NCBI GenBank assembly: GCA_038087875.1
Contig: CM075996.1
Location: 5,520,001-5,584,000 of the forward strand
From: Malacoraja senta
Lineage: Eukaryota
Direction of reading: 5' to 3'
Length of the DNA stretch: 64,000 nucleotides
The position numbers and the translations under genes were made by a program. Below the pieces are notes generated by a model, which saw only the letters and a program-made list of their open reading frames with translations, did no database searches and was not told the DNA's origin. Below are positions 39,252 through 51,917 of this stretch, piece after piece. The stretch's first letter is position 1. Each line of letters begins with the position of its first letter.

Positions 39252-39382
39252 TTCTTCTTCTTTCGTGTGGCGTGCACAGCCTAAAGTTGTAGGACAACTT
39301 GTTCTATTTGATCTTCCGTTTGTGCACGTCAAGTTGATTGCATTAGTCGAAACAGGGCGGACCACGTGCAATCTTCCACCCC
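39252..39382 (-). mobile_element. HDV-ribozyme short retroelement, copy 2 (7-nt deletion in P3/L3)
   Basis: TSD cacatttgacc at 39241-39251 and 39383-39393. Homologous to copy 1; inserted in a CR1-type tail. Confidence 0.85.
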
Positions 39383-39959
39383 CACATTTGACCCATATCC
39401 CTCTAAAGCTTTCTTATACTTTGTTGAGCAATGACAGAAAATCTAGGAGACAGGCATGTCAGGCAGCATCCATGGAGAAAGAAAATAAGAGTTCACGTAC
39501 CTCTCCAAATGTCGTTTAAATGTTGTTAATTATCACCTCTGGTAGCTCATTCAATATACCCACCATCCTGTGTGTGAAACAGTTGCCCCTCAGGTTCCTA
39601 TTAAATCTTTCCCCTCTCACCTCCCACCTTCAGTATGAGCAAGTGTAACCACCAAAAATCATCAACTTTGTTTACATTTTGTACCTCTCAGAAGTGGCCG
39701 TAGCAATTTATAAAATAATTTTACCACTTGCAATTATTTTCATTGAAGAAAGTGTATTTAAGTGCACTCGACACTTTAATTTCACGTCTCATGTATTTTG
39801 TGTTTTTATGACTGTTGGCAGATCAATTTCCCACCTGGGATAAATAAAGTTCTATCATATTGTATCGAAAGGAACAACATAACATCAATGAAGTCAATTC
39901 TGTCACAGCCTGGCAAAGCAAACTGGGGATTCTGCTAAAATAGTGATCACTGCTTATGG

Positions 39960-40564
39960 ATTCAAGTTCAAGTGAGTTTATTGTCATGTGTCCCTGATAG
40001 GACAATGAAATTCTTGCTTTGCTTCAGCACAACAGAACATAGTAGGCATTGACTACAAAACAGATCAGTGCGTCCATATACCATTCTATAAATATATACA
40101 CACATGAATAAATAAACTGATAAAGTGCAAAGAACAGATAATGGGCTATTAATGTTCATAGTTTTGTCCGAGCCAAGTTTAATAGCCTGATGGCTGTGGG
40201 GAAGTAGCTATTCCTGAACCTGGTCGTTGCAGTCTTCAGGCTCCTGTACCTTCTACCTGAAGGTAGCAGGGAGATGAGTGTGTGGCCAGGATGGTGTGGG
40301 TCCTTGATGATACTGCCAGCTTTTTTAAGGCAGCGACTGCGATAGATCCCCTCGATGGAAGGGAGGTCAGAGCTGATGATGGACTGGGCAGTGTTTACTA
40401 CTCTTTGTAGTCTTTTCCTCTCCAGGGTGCTCAAGTTGCCGAACCAAGCCACGATGCAACCGGTCAGCATGCTCTCTACTGTGCACCTGTAGAAGTTAGA
40501 GAAAGAGTCCTCCTTGACAAACCGACTCTCCGTAATCTTCTCAGGAAGTAGAGGCGCTGATGTG
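39960..40564 (-). mobile_element. Rex1/Babar-like LINE 3' part, truncated by the gap
   Basis: NFYRCTVESMLTGCIVAWFG...LQRVVNTAQSII...KDPHHPGH...LLPSGRRYRS...RFRNSYFPTAIRLLN; 3'UTR with aataaa and (cttgaa)n. Confidence 0.85.
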
Positions 40565-40764
40565 NNNNNNNNNNNNNNNNNNNNNNNNNNNNNNNNNNNN
40601 NNNNNNNNNNNNNNNNNNNNNNNNNNNNNNNNNNNNNNNNNNNNNNNNNNNNNNNNNNNNNNNNNNNNNNNNNNNNNNNNNNNNNNNNNNNNNNNNNNNN
40701 NNNNNNNNNNNNNNNNNNNNNNNNNNNNNNNNNNNNNNNNNNNNNNNNNNNNNNNNNNNNNNNN
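40565..40764. other. Assembly gap (200 N)
   Basis: Run of exactly 200 N. Confidence 0.99.
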
Positions 40765-41874
40765 CACCCGCCAGCATTTGGCCCGCATCCCACCAAACCC
40801 TGTCCTATGCATGTGTCACAAGGAACTGAAGATAGACACAAACTGCTGGAGTAACCCGGCGGGCCAGGCAGCATCTCTGGACAGAAGGAATGGGTGACGT
40901 TTCGGGTCGAGACCCTTCTTCAGAGTCTGAAGAAGGGTCTCGACCTGAAAGATCATCCAGAGATGCTGATTGTCCCTCTGTCCTATTCATGTACCTGTCG
41001 AACGACCTCAATTACCTCCTCTGGCAGCTTGTTCCATCCACCCACCACCCCTTGTGCGCAAACAAATTATTGAACAATTTTAATAATAGATGTAAATGTA
41101 GAGAGAAATGTAGAGTCGTCCATAAAGGAGAGATATTAAAATAGTGAAGTTAATTTTATTCACCCATCAGCCTCCTGATGTTTGAGTCATTGCACTCTTT
41201 TTTAAAGGCACTCTGATGGCGATCAGCGATCAACAGAGTTAGATAGAGCTCTAGGGGCTAGTGGAGTCAAGGGATATGGGGAGAAGGCAGGCACGGGTTA
41301 TTGATTGGGGACGATCAGCCATGATCACAATGAATGGTGGTGCTGGTGCGAAGGGCAGGAATGGCCTCCTCCTGCACCTATTTTCTATGTTTCTATGTTA
41401 ACAGCTATTAAAGAATTATTGCTTAGCATTTGGCCTATGGACATCTTTCCACATGCCTCATCAATCCATTTAGTTCCTGCTGTGCCTACGTGTAAGACAT
41501 GTTTGTTGTTTTGGATGATTTCCCGTTTCCAGCTCCCTGCCCACTCACGTAACGTTAATTGTGGTTAATTAAAATCTACATCTTTGACTAATGTTTTAAT
41601 GATTTATCCTGATCTTTTTTGAAGTGATTCCGTTTTCAAGGTGTGGGTGAAACCATTTATCGACCATCTCGAACCACTCTCGAGGGTGGTGGTGATGGTG
41701 GTTGGTTGCCTCCTTGAACAGCTTCCCATCTTAGAGAGGGAGCTCCCTGAAGGAATCCCCACATGTTCCCACACCAGGATGATGTGCGTCATGCGGGGGG
41801 ATTTGCATCTGGTGGTGTCCACATCCATCTGGTGCCATTGCTGTCGTCCTCTGTGGTAGAATCATAGAGTCTTA

Positions 41875-42060
41875 AGGGCCTGTCTCACGTAGGTGACTCT
41901 TTAGGCGACCACCAGGGACTAGTTTTAATGGAATTCACCTACGACACCTGGCAACAACCTACGACAGCAAGAATTGTCGCCAAAAAATTGTCAACATGTT
42001 GAAAATTTTGCGGCAGCCGCCTGTAGTCGCCCAAAAAATCGCCTAAGTGGGACAGGCCCC
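41875..42060. mobile_element. PIF/Harbinger-like MITE, different internal subfamily
   Basis: agggcctgtctcac ... gtgggacaggcccc; TTA/TCA flanks; central palindrome tcaacatgttga. Confidence 0.7.
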
Positions 42061-43107
42061 TCACAGCGCGGAACGAAGCCCTTCGGCTCAACCTGCCCAC
42101 GCCAGTCAACGTATCCCATCTACGTTAGTCCCGCATACCTGCATTTGACCCATATCCCTCTGAACCTGCCCAATCCATGCACCTGTCAAAAATGTTTCGA
42201 TACTACCTGCCTCAACCACCTCCTTTGGCTGCTCGTTCCATACACCCACCACACTTTACGTGAAAATCAGGCTCTAGGTGACGTACGGAATATCAGATTT
42301 ATAGTGATGGATCGGGTTCCAGTTAAGTGGGTGGATTTATCATGGAAGTTGTTGAGATTGTTGCCTGCATGATCGCAACTCAGTCAACTGGAGGTTTCCA
42401 TTGTGCTCTTCATTTGTGCCTTTATAGATGAGGCATAGGTTTAGAAGTGTCAGTGGTGAGTCAGTTGCTGCCTGATACTCAGCTCTGGCCTTCGCTTGCT
42501 ATTGCAGTATTTATGTTTAGTTTAGAAATACAGCGCAGAAACAGGCCCTTCGACCCACTGTGTCCGCAACCACCAGCGACCCCCGCACATTAAACCTACC
42601 CAACGCACACTAGAGACAATTTTTTACATTTACACGAAGCCAACAGCGTCTTTGGAGTGTGCGAGGAAACTGAAGATCTTGGAGAAAACCCACGCAGGTC
42701 ACGGGGAGAACGTGCAAATTCTATACAGACAGCGCCCATAGTCAGGATCGCACCCGGGACACTGGCGTTGTGAGGGAGCAACTCTACCGCTGCACCACCG
42801 TGCTGCCCTGTGGCTGCTCCATTTGACTTTCTGGTTCATTGTGCGGCACACCAGTTACTCGATGTGTCAGAAGGAACTGCAGATGCTGTTTGAAACCGAA
42901 GATAGACGCCAAAGGCTGGAGTGACTCAGCGGGACAGGCAGCATCTCTGGAGAGAAAGAAGGGGTGATGTTTCGGGTGTGAAGAAGGGTCTCGACCCGAA
43001 ACGTCACCAATTCCTTCCCTCCAGCGATGCTGCCTGTCCAGCTGAGTTACTCCAGCTTTTTGTGTCTATCAGCAGTTACTTGATGTTTAAGAAGGAACTG
43101 CAAATGC

Positions 43108-43584
43108 ACCCCCTCCACATACACCTGGATCTCCTGCCATCAGGCAAGAGATATCGCAGCATCAAAGCCCGGACTACAAGACTGCTAAACAGCTTCCTGC
43201 CATATGCTGTGAGGCTGCTAAACAGCCACTCTGTGCTCACAGTCACCTGATTCTGTGGCTTGGCACGGACACTATAATAACTGGCACTGGCCACTTCAAT
43301 AACTGGCACTGGCCACTTCAATAACTGGCACTGGCCACTCAAATCAGCCACCCCGGACATGTTTATGATTGGTCTTACTGTATTTTAACGTTGTTTGTAT
43401 CTATTTTAACTTATACTGTTCCATCAGGGACTGGATTGTTTTAGTGTTGTTATTATTATTATTATGTGTGAAATGTTTTAAATTTCATGTGCGATGCTCC
43501 GGTATTCCCTGGGAAATGTCTTTTCGTTTTGCACTGCACAACTGTTGCTTGCAAGATGACAATAAAGGAATTGAATTGAATTGA
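43108..43584 (+). mobile_element. Rex1/Babar-like 3' fragment nested in a Penelope unit
   Basis: LLPSGKRYRSIKARTTRLLNSFLPYAVRLLN; three copies of a 22-bp internal repeat; aataaa and (attga)n tail. Confidence 0.8.
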
Positions 43585-45895
43585 ATGCTGGGAAAATCGA
43601 AGGGAGACAAAAATGCTGGAGAAACTCAGCGGGTGAGGCAGCATCTATGGAGCGAAGGAAAAGGTTACGTTTTGGGTCGAGACCCGAAACGTCACCTATT
43701 CCTTCGCTCCATAGATGCTGCCTCACCCGCTGAGTTTCTCCAGCATTTTTGTGTACCAGCAGTTACTTGATGTTCTATTTTGATTCGGTTCCTGCAGAGC
43801 AACTTGGAAAGTGAAGCAGCAGCATTTTCTTCCTTCCAAACTGCAGATGCATCAACCTCCACGTTCTTCCCCTTACCCACAGCTTCATTGTGTTGAAATT
43901 GAAACTGCAGCTCGATCTTTCTTGTAGTTTCAGGTTTGCAAACTCCTTGCTCTTTTGGTTTCTCCCACAATCTGTTTTAACTCTTCAACGCATCCTTATT
44001 CAGTGTGTTTTGTCATGAGTTCCTGAAGTGAATAAAATCTCTGCTGTTGGCCCTATTTAATGTGGGTGATATTATTCTTAATACCATCCTTTGTCAGGAG
44101 TGACGTGGTCAGACTAACAAACCCCCTGAAGAATCACAGACATTTGCTTTATGGTGGGACCAAATCATATTTGATGTCTCTTACAGTCATACAAGGCTAA
44201 TTTCAGATTGTGAGACTACAGTTCCTTTCTTGTACTCCCACCTTTAATCCTTATTCCGTACGGCATCTTGCTTCAGAAGTGTTTCTTATTATGGCCATGT
44301 TGTGTTGTCCATGGAATTTCCGTTCAATACAAGTCTGCATTAACAGAACAGTTTTAATGTAGCCAAGGTTAGACTCGGGAGTATTCTCAGGCAAAATCCG
44401 ACACAGAATTAGTCATTGCCAGTTGCTGAATCACCCTATTCCTAACCTTTTCATCCAGTACGCATTCTGTTCCGATACCGCCTCCATCGTGCAGCTTGCT
44501 TCCATCCAAACAAACGTCATCCACCTCTCTCCCAATCCATTCATCTGTCTTAAGGTAGACAAAAATGTTGGAGAAACTCAGCGGGTGAGGCGGCATCTAT
44601 GGAGCGAAGGAAATAGGCAACGTTTCGGGTCTAAACCCTTCTTCAGAAGGTATTGAGTCTGAAGAAGAGTTTCGACCCAAAACGTTGCCTATTTCCTTCG
44701 CTCCATAGATGCTGCCTCACCCGCTGAGTTTCTCCAGCATTTTTGTGTGCCACATGGAATGGCCTGTGTTTGTGTACATTTCTGCCTCTCCTGCTGTCTC
44801 TTTGCGGAATTCCCTGCCACAGAGGGCAGTGGAGGCCAAATCATTGGATGGATTTAAGAGAGAGTTAGATAGAGCTCTAGGGGCTAGTGGAATCAAGGGA
44901 TATGGGGAGAAGGCAGGCACGGGTTGCTGATTGGGGACGTGATCACAATGAATGGCGGTGCTGGCTCGAAGGGCCGAATGGCCTCCTCCTGCACCTATTT
45001 TCTATGTTTCTGAGGAGACATGCAATGGCCAGTTTGCCTTCAAACTAGACTAATAGTGTTACTTCTTGTGGCTAGATTCTCAATTCTTGGGGTATCAGTG
45101 GAGTGTTAAACTTTGTGGTGGAAACTATGGTGGAGTAGCTTGTTAATCTATGCTAGCTGCATCCAGTTCTGGTCAGTGAACTGCACGTAATATGAGTGTG
45201 AGAAATGAGCTGAGAAGATCACAAACCTGGTCACGGGTACGAAGACGGCTCAGGACAATTTTCAATGTGTTGCCCCTGGAAGTAGGGAACCTCGAGTATA
45301 CAGAGAGACGTGAACATTATAGACCAGTGTCAATTGCAATTTCAAACTGAAGCTTGGCCAGTAATAAAATTGGAGCTGAACGTCAAAGTGCTCGAGTATC
45401 TCAGCGAGTCAGGCAGCATCTGTGGAGGGAATAGGATTCAGATCGGGATGCTTCTTCAGACCCTCCACAGATGATGTGTTAAAGAAGGAACTGCAGATGC
45501 TGGAAAATCGAAGGTACACAAAAATGCTGGAGAAACTCAGCGGGTGCAGCAGCATCTATGGAGCGAAGGAAATAGGTAACGTTTCGGGCCGAAACGTTAC
45601 CTATTTCCTTCGCTACACAGCATTTTTGTGTACCCTCCACAGATGATACTTGACCTGCTCAGTTACTCCAGCACGTTGATGTTAAACTCAAGGTTCCAGT
45701 ATCTAGTTCCTCGCGTGTCACATAAAATAGAGCCGTAGTCCAAAGGATTGGGGGGAAAACTGGGGCAGAAATGCAAGTCCTGCCGTGTGGTTTAGTTTAG
45801 AGATACAATGTGGAAACATGCCCTTCGGCCCACTGAGTCTGCCCCGACCAGCGATTCACCGTACACTAGCACTATCCTACAGACTAGGGACAAAC

Positions 45896-46095
45896 GACAA
45901 TAGGTGCAGGAGTAGGCCATTTGGCCCTTCGAGCCAGCACCGCCATTCAATGTGATCATGGCTGATCGTCCCCAACCAGTACCCCGTTCCTGCCTTCTCC
46001 CCATATCCCCTGACTCCGCTATCTTTAAGAGCCCTATCTAGCTCTCTCTTGAAAGCATCCAGAGAACCCGCCTCCACCGCCCTCTGAGGCAGAGA
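45896..46095 (-). mobile_element. CR1 3' fragment nested in a SINE
   Basis: SLPQRAVEAGSLDAFKRELD...; SINE halves lie on both sides. Confidence 0.85.
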
Positions 46096-46813
46096 CAATT
46101 TACAATTTTTACCAAAGCCAATTAACCTACAAACCCGTACATTTTTGGAGTGTGGAAGGTAAACGGAGCACCTAGGGAAAACCCACGCAGGTCACGGGGA
46201 GAAGGTACAAACTCCGTACAGACAGCACCCATAGTCGGGATCGATCACCGGTCTCTGGCGCAGTGAGGCAGCAACTCTACCGCTGCGCCACCGTGCTGCC
46301 CTAGCAGACAGTGTGGGCTTTCTAGGTCACTCACTGAAAGAACATGAAACCACTAGGATCCTAGACCTTGTCCTTGCCTGTCTAGGCCGTGTTTCCTCTC
46401 TGCCAACCATCCTGTGGATCCTGTCACAGTTTGATAGTAATCTCTTGACTTGCAACGTCAGGTCCTGCTCTGCTGCCGTGAGATGCAGTACTCGACTTAC
46501 TTTCACAACTGCCTTGTGGTCTGCGTAGAAGCAGCATTTTAAAAATGTAAGTTGCAAAGCGTCGTACAGAGGACTTAAACCTTCAAAGGTTTATTTATGA
46601 CAGGAGAAAAAAAGTGGTCCTATCTGCTTGTGGAGCTTGTCAGCATGACACGCTGCCCTGTTATTTCCTACGTCGAGGCAGCTGGGCGGAAACACTCGGT
46701 CGGCTGCCACTTCTGCATTGAGAGTGGAGTTAGAAATGGAGAACTTTCTCAAAGCGGGGCGTGGAAGCACCCGCTCAGTGGCACTAACCATGTCTGTCCC
46801 TTCTCTCCGGCAG

Positions 46814-46879
46814 TGCTGCAACTGAAGCTTCAGCAGCGGCGGACACGCGAGGAGTTGGCCAGCCAGGGAATCATGCCAC
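46814..46879 (+). CDS. MRTFA: MRTF-A RPEL1 exon (66 nt, phase 1-1)
   Basis: Acceptor cccttctctccggcag|, donor |gtaagt. Encodes (V)LQLKLQQRRTREELASQGIMP(P). LKLQQRRTREEL matches MRTF-A rather than MRTF-B (LRLQQRRTREQL) or myocardin. Confidence 0.93.
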
Positions 46880-47269
46880 GTAAGTACTTGGTGCTCAGCG
46901 CACACTCATAGCAGGAGCTGGGCGGCTGCACGTCCCATTTTAATCACAGTTTATGGTACCATTTTGACACAACCATGGTTGCAAAATGGTTGCATCCTCC
47001 TTCTCTGCCTTCGTTTTCTTCCGTGTGATGCATGTTACGCGTGCACACACACAGAGTCGAGCTGTTCAGAATGAACTTGTCTTTCACTTTCCTCCGGCAT
47101 GTGCAGTTTGCCTTTTTAAGATGTCTGCAGCCGTGTAGATTCAGCATTACACAAGCCTAGGCGTTGGATGAAACAGGACGGTGGTGGGGTTCAAGGGTGC
47201 TGTCCAGAGTAAGGGTTTTTAACTATTGAATCTAGCAACCCACACAGAACCCCCTTTGCTTACCGCTCA

Positions 47270-47403
47270 ACTTCCCCGCAGCCGCAAACACCCCACCTCC
47301 TTCCCCCTTCCCCCCCGCCCCCTCTCAAGCCCTGCCTTTCAGAGACGGGCTTGTGACGGGTGGCTGTTTGACTCTGTCTTCTTCCTCCTTTGGCCTGCCA
47401 GGT

Positions 47404-47439
<36 letters not shown>

Positions 47440-47640
47440 GTTTCCGCAAGTTGCTGGGCTTGTAAACCCGAATAGTCTCTTCTCTTATCCGGAATATATT
47501 GATACGTAAAAACTCATCATCTGCCGCGGTGGCCGGTGATCGGTTCGGCAGCACTTTAGAATGAGTCTGTGGTGTTGGGGATGCAGTGGCATGGCCGTTT
47601 CCTGCCACCTCCTGCCAGAGTGCTGCTGACAGAGTCACTG
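47270..47640 (+). promoter_or_regulatory. Candidate internal promoter / 5'UTR
   Basis: Repeat-free and relatively CpG-rich. GC box ccccgcccc at ~47313-47321, (GA)15 at ~47407-47436, directly upstream of the candidate first exon. Confidence 0.35.
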
Positions 47641-47642
47641 GC

Positions 47643-47694
47643 ATGGTGGCATCGGTTGGACCAGCGGCAAAATGTCTACCGGTGCACAGTACAG
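47643..47694 (+). CDS. Candidate alternative first coding exon of MRTF-A (downstream of RPEL1 exon)
   Basis: ATG in strong Kozak context (GGCATGG), encodes MVASVGPAAKCLPVHST+G, ends at ACAG|gtaagc in phase 1, the same phase as the RPEL1 exon donor. Confidence 0.4.
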
Positions 47695-48620
47695 GTAAGC
47701 CTGGCAGTCAATTCCGAATGGGGGGGGGGGGGAAGAGTTTAGTGGCGTGCAGGATTTCGCTGTTTCCTGGTGTTATTTGCTGCCAAAGATTGATATTTGT
47801 TGCGTTTTCCCGGCCGCACATTGTCAAATGCAAGGTCGGAGACCCTCGGTTTTGCCCCTTGGACGTTTCTGCCCCACGTTCTGGGCTCTAGTAAATGGGG
47901 AAGAAGCTGTGCGCTCGGCAGTAGCTGAAAACCAGCTCCGCCTGCACAGTTTGGAGAAGACCAAATGTGTAGGAAGGAACTGCAGATGCTGGTGTAAACC
48001 GAAGATAGACTCAAAGAGCAGGAGTAGCTCAGCGGGACAGGCAGCATCTCTGGGGAGAAGGAAGGCCACTTCTCTCCAGAGATGCTGCCTGTCCCACGGA
48101 CGTACTCCAGCTCTTTGGGTCTATGTTCAGTTTTGAGAGGTGTGGCCTGGACGCTACTGAGCTTGGGGCTGGGTCCCCATGACCGCCGCACGCTTCACAT
48201 TAATCAACTGTGTGAAAAATCATAATTCCCTTCAATAGAGAATTGCAATAGAGTAACATGTACTAACTCCGCAGGAGTAGGTTGCGTTTGGTAGAGTGAT
48301 ACAGTGTGGAAACAGGCCCTTCGGCCCAACTCGCCCACACCGGCCAACAATGTCCCAGCTACCCTAGTCCCACTTACCTGCTCTTGGTCCATAACCCTCC
48401 AAACCTGTCCTATCCAAGTACCAGTCCAGCTGTTTCTTAAACGATGGGATAGTCCCGGCCTCAACTACCTCCTCTGGTAGCTTGTTCCGTACACCCACTA
48501 CCCTCGGTGTGAAAAAGTAACCGCTTGGATTCCCCTGAATCTTTTCCCCTTCATCTTGAACCTATGTCCTCTGGTCCTCGATTCCCCTACTCTGGATAAA
48601 AGTCATTTGATTATAAATTG

Positions 48621-48744
48621 GGAGTGGAAGATTGCAACCTTCACCTGGTCCGCCCTGTTTCGACTGCCACCATCAAGTAAGATCAAATAGAACAAGTTGT
48701 CCTACAACTTTAGGCTGTGCACGCCATACCCAAGAAGAAGAGAA
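48621..48744 (+). mobile_element. HDV-ribozyme short retroelement, copy 3 (J4/2 and P2' deleted)
   Basis: TSD gattataaattg at 48609-48620 and 48745-48756. Homologous to copy 1. Confidence 0.85.
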
Positions 48745-50199
48745 GATTATAAATTGCATTCTTAATCACATCATGTTATAGGTGTACAAACACTGATAGA
48801 CAGTGGTTGATAAACTGAAGACTGGGAGTTTGATCTGATAGATTTGAGATGGGGGGGTTTCGTTCAGTTCAGTTTGAAACTGGAACTGAAGTGAACTAGT
48901 CTTGTGATGAGAGTCCGCATTTAAGTTTCCGATGATTGCTCCAATAACTAATTCAGGATGAATCTTTATATCCGGTGTGAATGTGGAATGTGAATCATGC
49001 TACCATCGTGAGGTAATTGAGACAGATGTCATTGGTAAATAAGCACCATTCATACGCAGAGGAGAAGGGAATGTGAGAGTGTACTGGCATTGGATGGGTG
49101 CTGGTGAAGCATAAACACTGACGTCGCATTGGGGCAATGCATTTTTCAACTACCATGTAAATTTGGTTGCTGCTTCTCACCCCACTCCTCCCAGACAACA
49201 CTTTTAAAGGGAAAAGGAAGGAAGTTAACTTGATAGTTTAATTCAAAGTTGGCTAATAATAGACAATGAGGTTTCAAGGCAGTGTCCACCACTTCTGCTG
49301 GTGTGATGGAAACTAGAATTGATTAAATGCTAGGCCCCAGGTACAAAATTGAATTAGTTTTAAATAATCTTGCACTTTACACTGGGAGAGTTTACATTGA
49401 ATTACATTTATGACCCAGGCTCCCATCAGCCCTTCCTTCAGATACTTGTGGAATCATCAGAAGATTCAGCTGTTGAATCCAACATGAGGCGCGAATTGGT
49501 CGCCGCTGCTCTCTCCTCAAATTGTGTTTCTTATTTTCTTTTTGTGCTTTTGAAATTGAATTATGTCCTTGATTTGTGTACTGTGGTGTTTTTATAATTA
49601 ATTTATTCCGATTATGTGTTTTGTATTTTTGTGATTCTATGCCTTGTGTCCTTGGGTTTTAGAAAGGCGCCAGTAAATAAAATGAATTATTATTATTATT
49701 ATTAGAGCCCGTACTGGCCAGCGATGCCCCAGGGGCACATTAACACAAGCCCACACACACTAGGGACAATTTACACTTACACCAAGTACTTCTGACATCC
49801 ATCACAATAAAGTGTTTTGGGAGACCGGTCATGGTGCACGTCAACTCCAGCCTCCCAGATTATCCGGTCACGGGGATTTATGGCGACAACTCCCCCTTCA
49901 ATGTCAGCAAGATGAAGTATATGACCATCGACTTCAGGAAGCTGGGTGGACAAACACGTTCCAGTCTGCATCTATGGTGCTGGAGCGAACTTAGCGCAAT
50001 GCATCAAGTTCCAAGGTGTAAATGTCATCGACAATTTGTCCTGGTCTAACCACATTGACACCAAGGCCGAGAAAGCGTTCCAGCACCTCCATTTTCTCAG
50101 AAAGCGAAGGGAGTTTGGCATGTCTCCAATGACTGACCAATTTCTACAAATGCACTTTAGAGATGACCCTATCTGGATGCACTTGGGCAAGATATGGAT

Positions 50200-51291
50200 A
50201 CTTAAGGGGTCACAGCTTAAGGATAAGGGGGAAATCCTTTAAGACCGAGATGAGGAAAAACTTTTTCACACAGAGAGTGGTGAATCTGTTGAACTCTCTG
50301 CCACAGAGGGTAGTTGAGGCCAGTTCATTGGCTATATTTAAGAGGGAGTTAGATGTGGCCCTTGTGGCTAAAGGGATCAGGGGGTATGGAGAGAAGGCAG
50401 GTACGGGATACTGAGTTGGATGATCAGCCATGATCATATTGAATGGCGGTGTAGGCTCGAAGGGCCGAATGGCCTACTCCTGCACCTATTTTCTATGTAT
50501 TCCATGTATCTATGTTCTGCCCACGACCGCAAGTGATGTAGAGCTTGAACTGATTTGGATTGTTTTCGGGAAGGTTGAGGGGAGACCTGGTAGAAATATA
50601 TAACGTTATAAGAGACATAGATGGAGTAAACAGTCAGAAACTCTTCCCCAGGAGGCAAATAACAAATACTGGGTGAAATAGCTTTAAGGTGAGGGGGGTA
50701 AAGTTTAGAGGAGTGTGCAGGGCAAGTTGTTATTTTACACAGATGGTGGTAAGTGCCTGGACGTTTAAGAGTCATTAAGATGTCATTAAGTTGTTATTTT
50801 ACACAGAGGGTAAATGGGTATGATGCTGGTGTTTAAGGGACTTTTGGATAGGCACGTGGATATGCAGAGAATGGAGGGATATCAATTGTGTGCAGACGAA
50901 CAAGGGTTGCTCTTGGCATCATGTTCGGCACAGGCATTGTGGGCCGAAGGGCCTGTTGCTCTGCTGTTCTGTTCCAGTTGCCGAGTTGTGAATGATGCTC
51001 AATCTTAGAATAAAGGGGAGGCCATTTAAGACTGAGGTGGGAAAAAACGTTGTCACCCAGAGAGTTGTGAGTTTGTGGAATTCCCTGCCACAGAGGGCAG
51101 TGGAGGCCAAGTCACTGGATGGATTTAAGAGAGAGTTAGATAGAGCTCTAGGGGCTAGTGGAGTCAAGGGATATGGGGAGAAGGCAGGCACGGGTTATTG
51201 ATTGGGGACGATCAGCCATGATTACAATGAATGGCGGTGCTGGCTCGAAGGGCCGAAAGGCCTCCTCCTGCACCTATTTTCTATGTTTCTC
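50200..51291 (+). mobile_element. Cluster of CR1 3' fragments
   Basis: RGHSLRIRGKSFKTEMRKNFFTQRVV (50200-50517), an older copy at ~50530-50975, and RIKGRPFKTEVGKN (51003-51291). Confidence 0.85.
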
Positions 51292-51917
51292 TGTAATCCA
51301 TTGAAGAAACTAGTCATGCTTTCCTGCCCCCTTCCCCATACGACTCCATCTACACTTCACGCTGCCTCGGGAAAGCAGCCAACATAAGAAAGGACCAGTA
51401 AGACCCCGGTTATTTATTTTTCTGCCCTCCCAGTGGGTAGGAAATACAAAAGCTTGAGAGCATGCGCCATTAGATTGAAGGACAGCTTCTTCCCGGCTCT
51501 GGACAGTCTCTTGAACAAGCCTCCCCTATGCTGTAATGTAATCCTGTGATCCAGGGTGATCTGCCTGGATAACCTGCAGAACAAAGTTTCTCCCCGTAGC
51601 TTGGTACACGTGACAATAATAAACCAATACCATGGCAGTGCAGCGGGTAGAGCTGCTGCCTCAAGGCGTCAAACACCGGGGTTCGTGTGGACTGTCAGTG
51701 TGGAGTTTGCACGTTCTCCTTGTGACTGCGTGGGTTTGCTCCCACATCCCAATGACGTGCGGGTTTGTAAGTTAATTGGCCCTCTATAAATTGGCATTTG
51801 GCAACTGATGAGAATAGCCTCTGAACATTGGCAATTGATGAGAAAGTGGGATAACATAGAAAAAAGGTGAACTGGTAATCAATAGTCAGCATGGACTCGG
51901 TGGACCAAAGGGCCTTA

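Noticed and set aside
40156..40897. ORFs spanning the N run
   Set aside because: Artefacts of translating through the gap; only the Rex1-like part is real.
46597..46911. 104-aa ORF as a complete gene
   Set aside because: Only 46814-46879 is MRTF-like and it is bounded by canonical splice sites.
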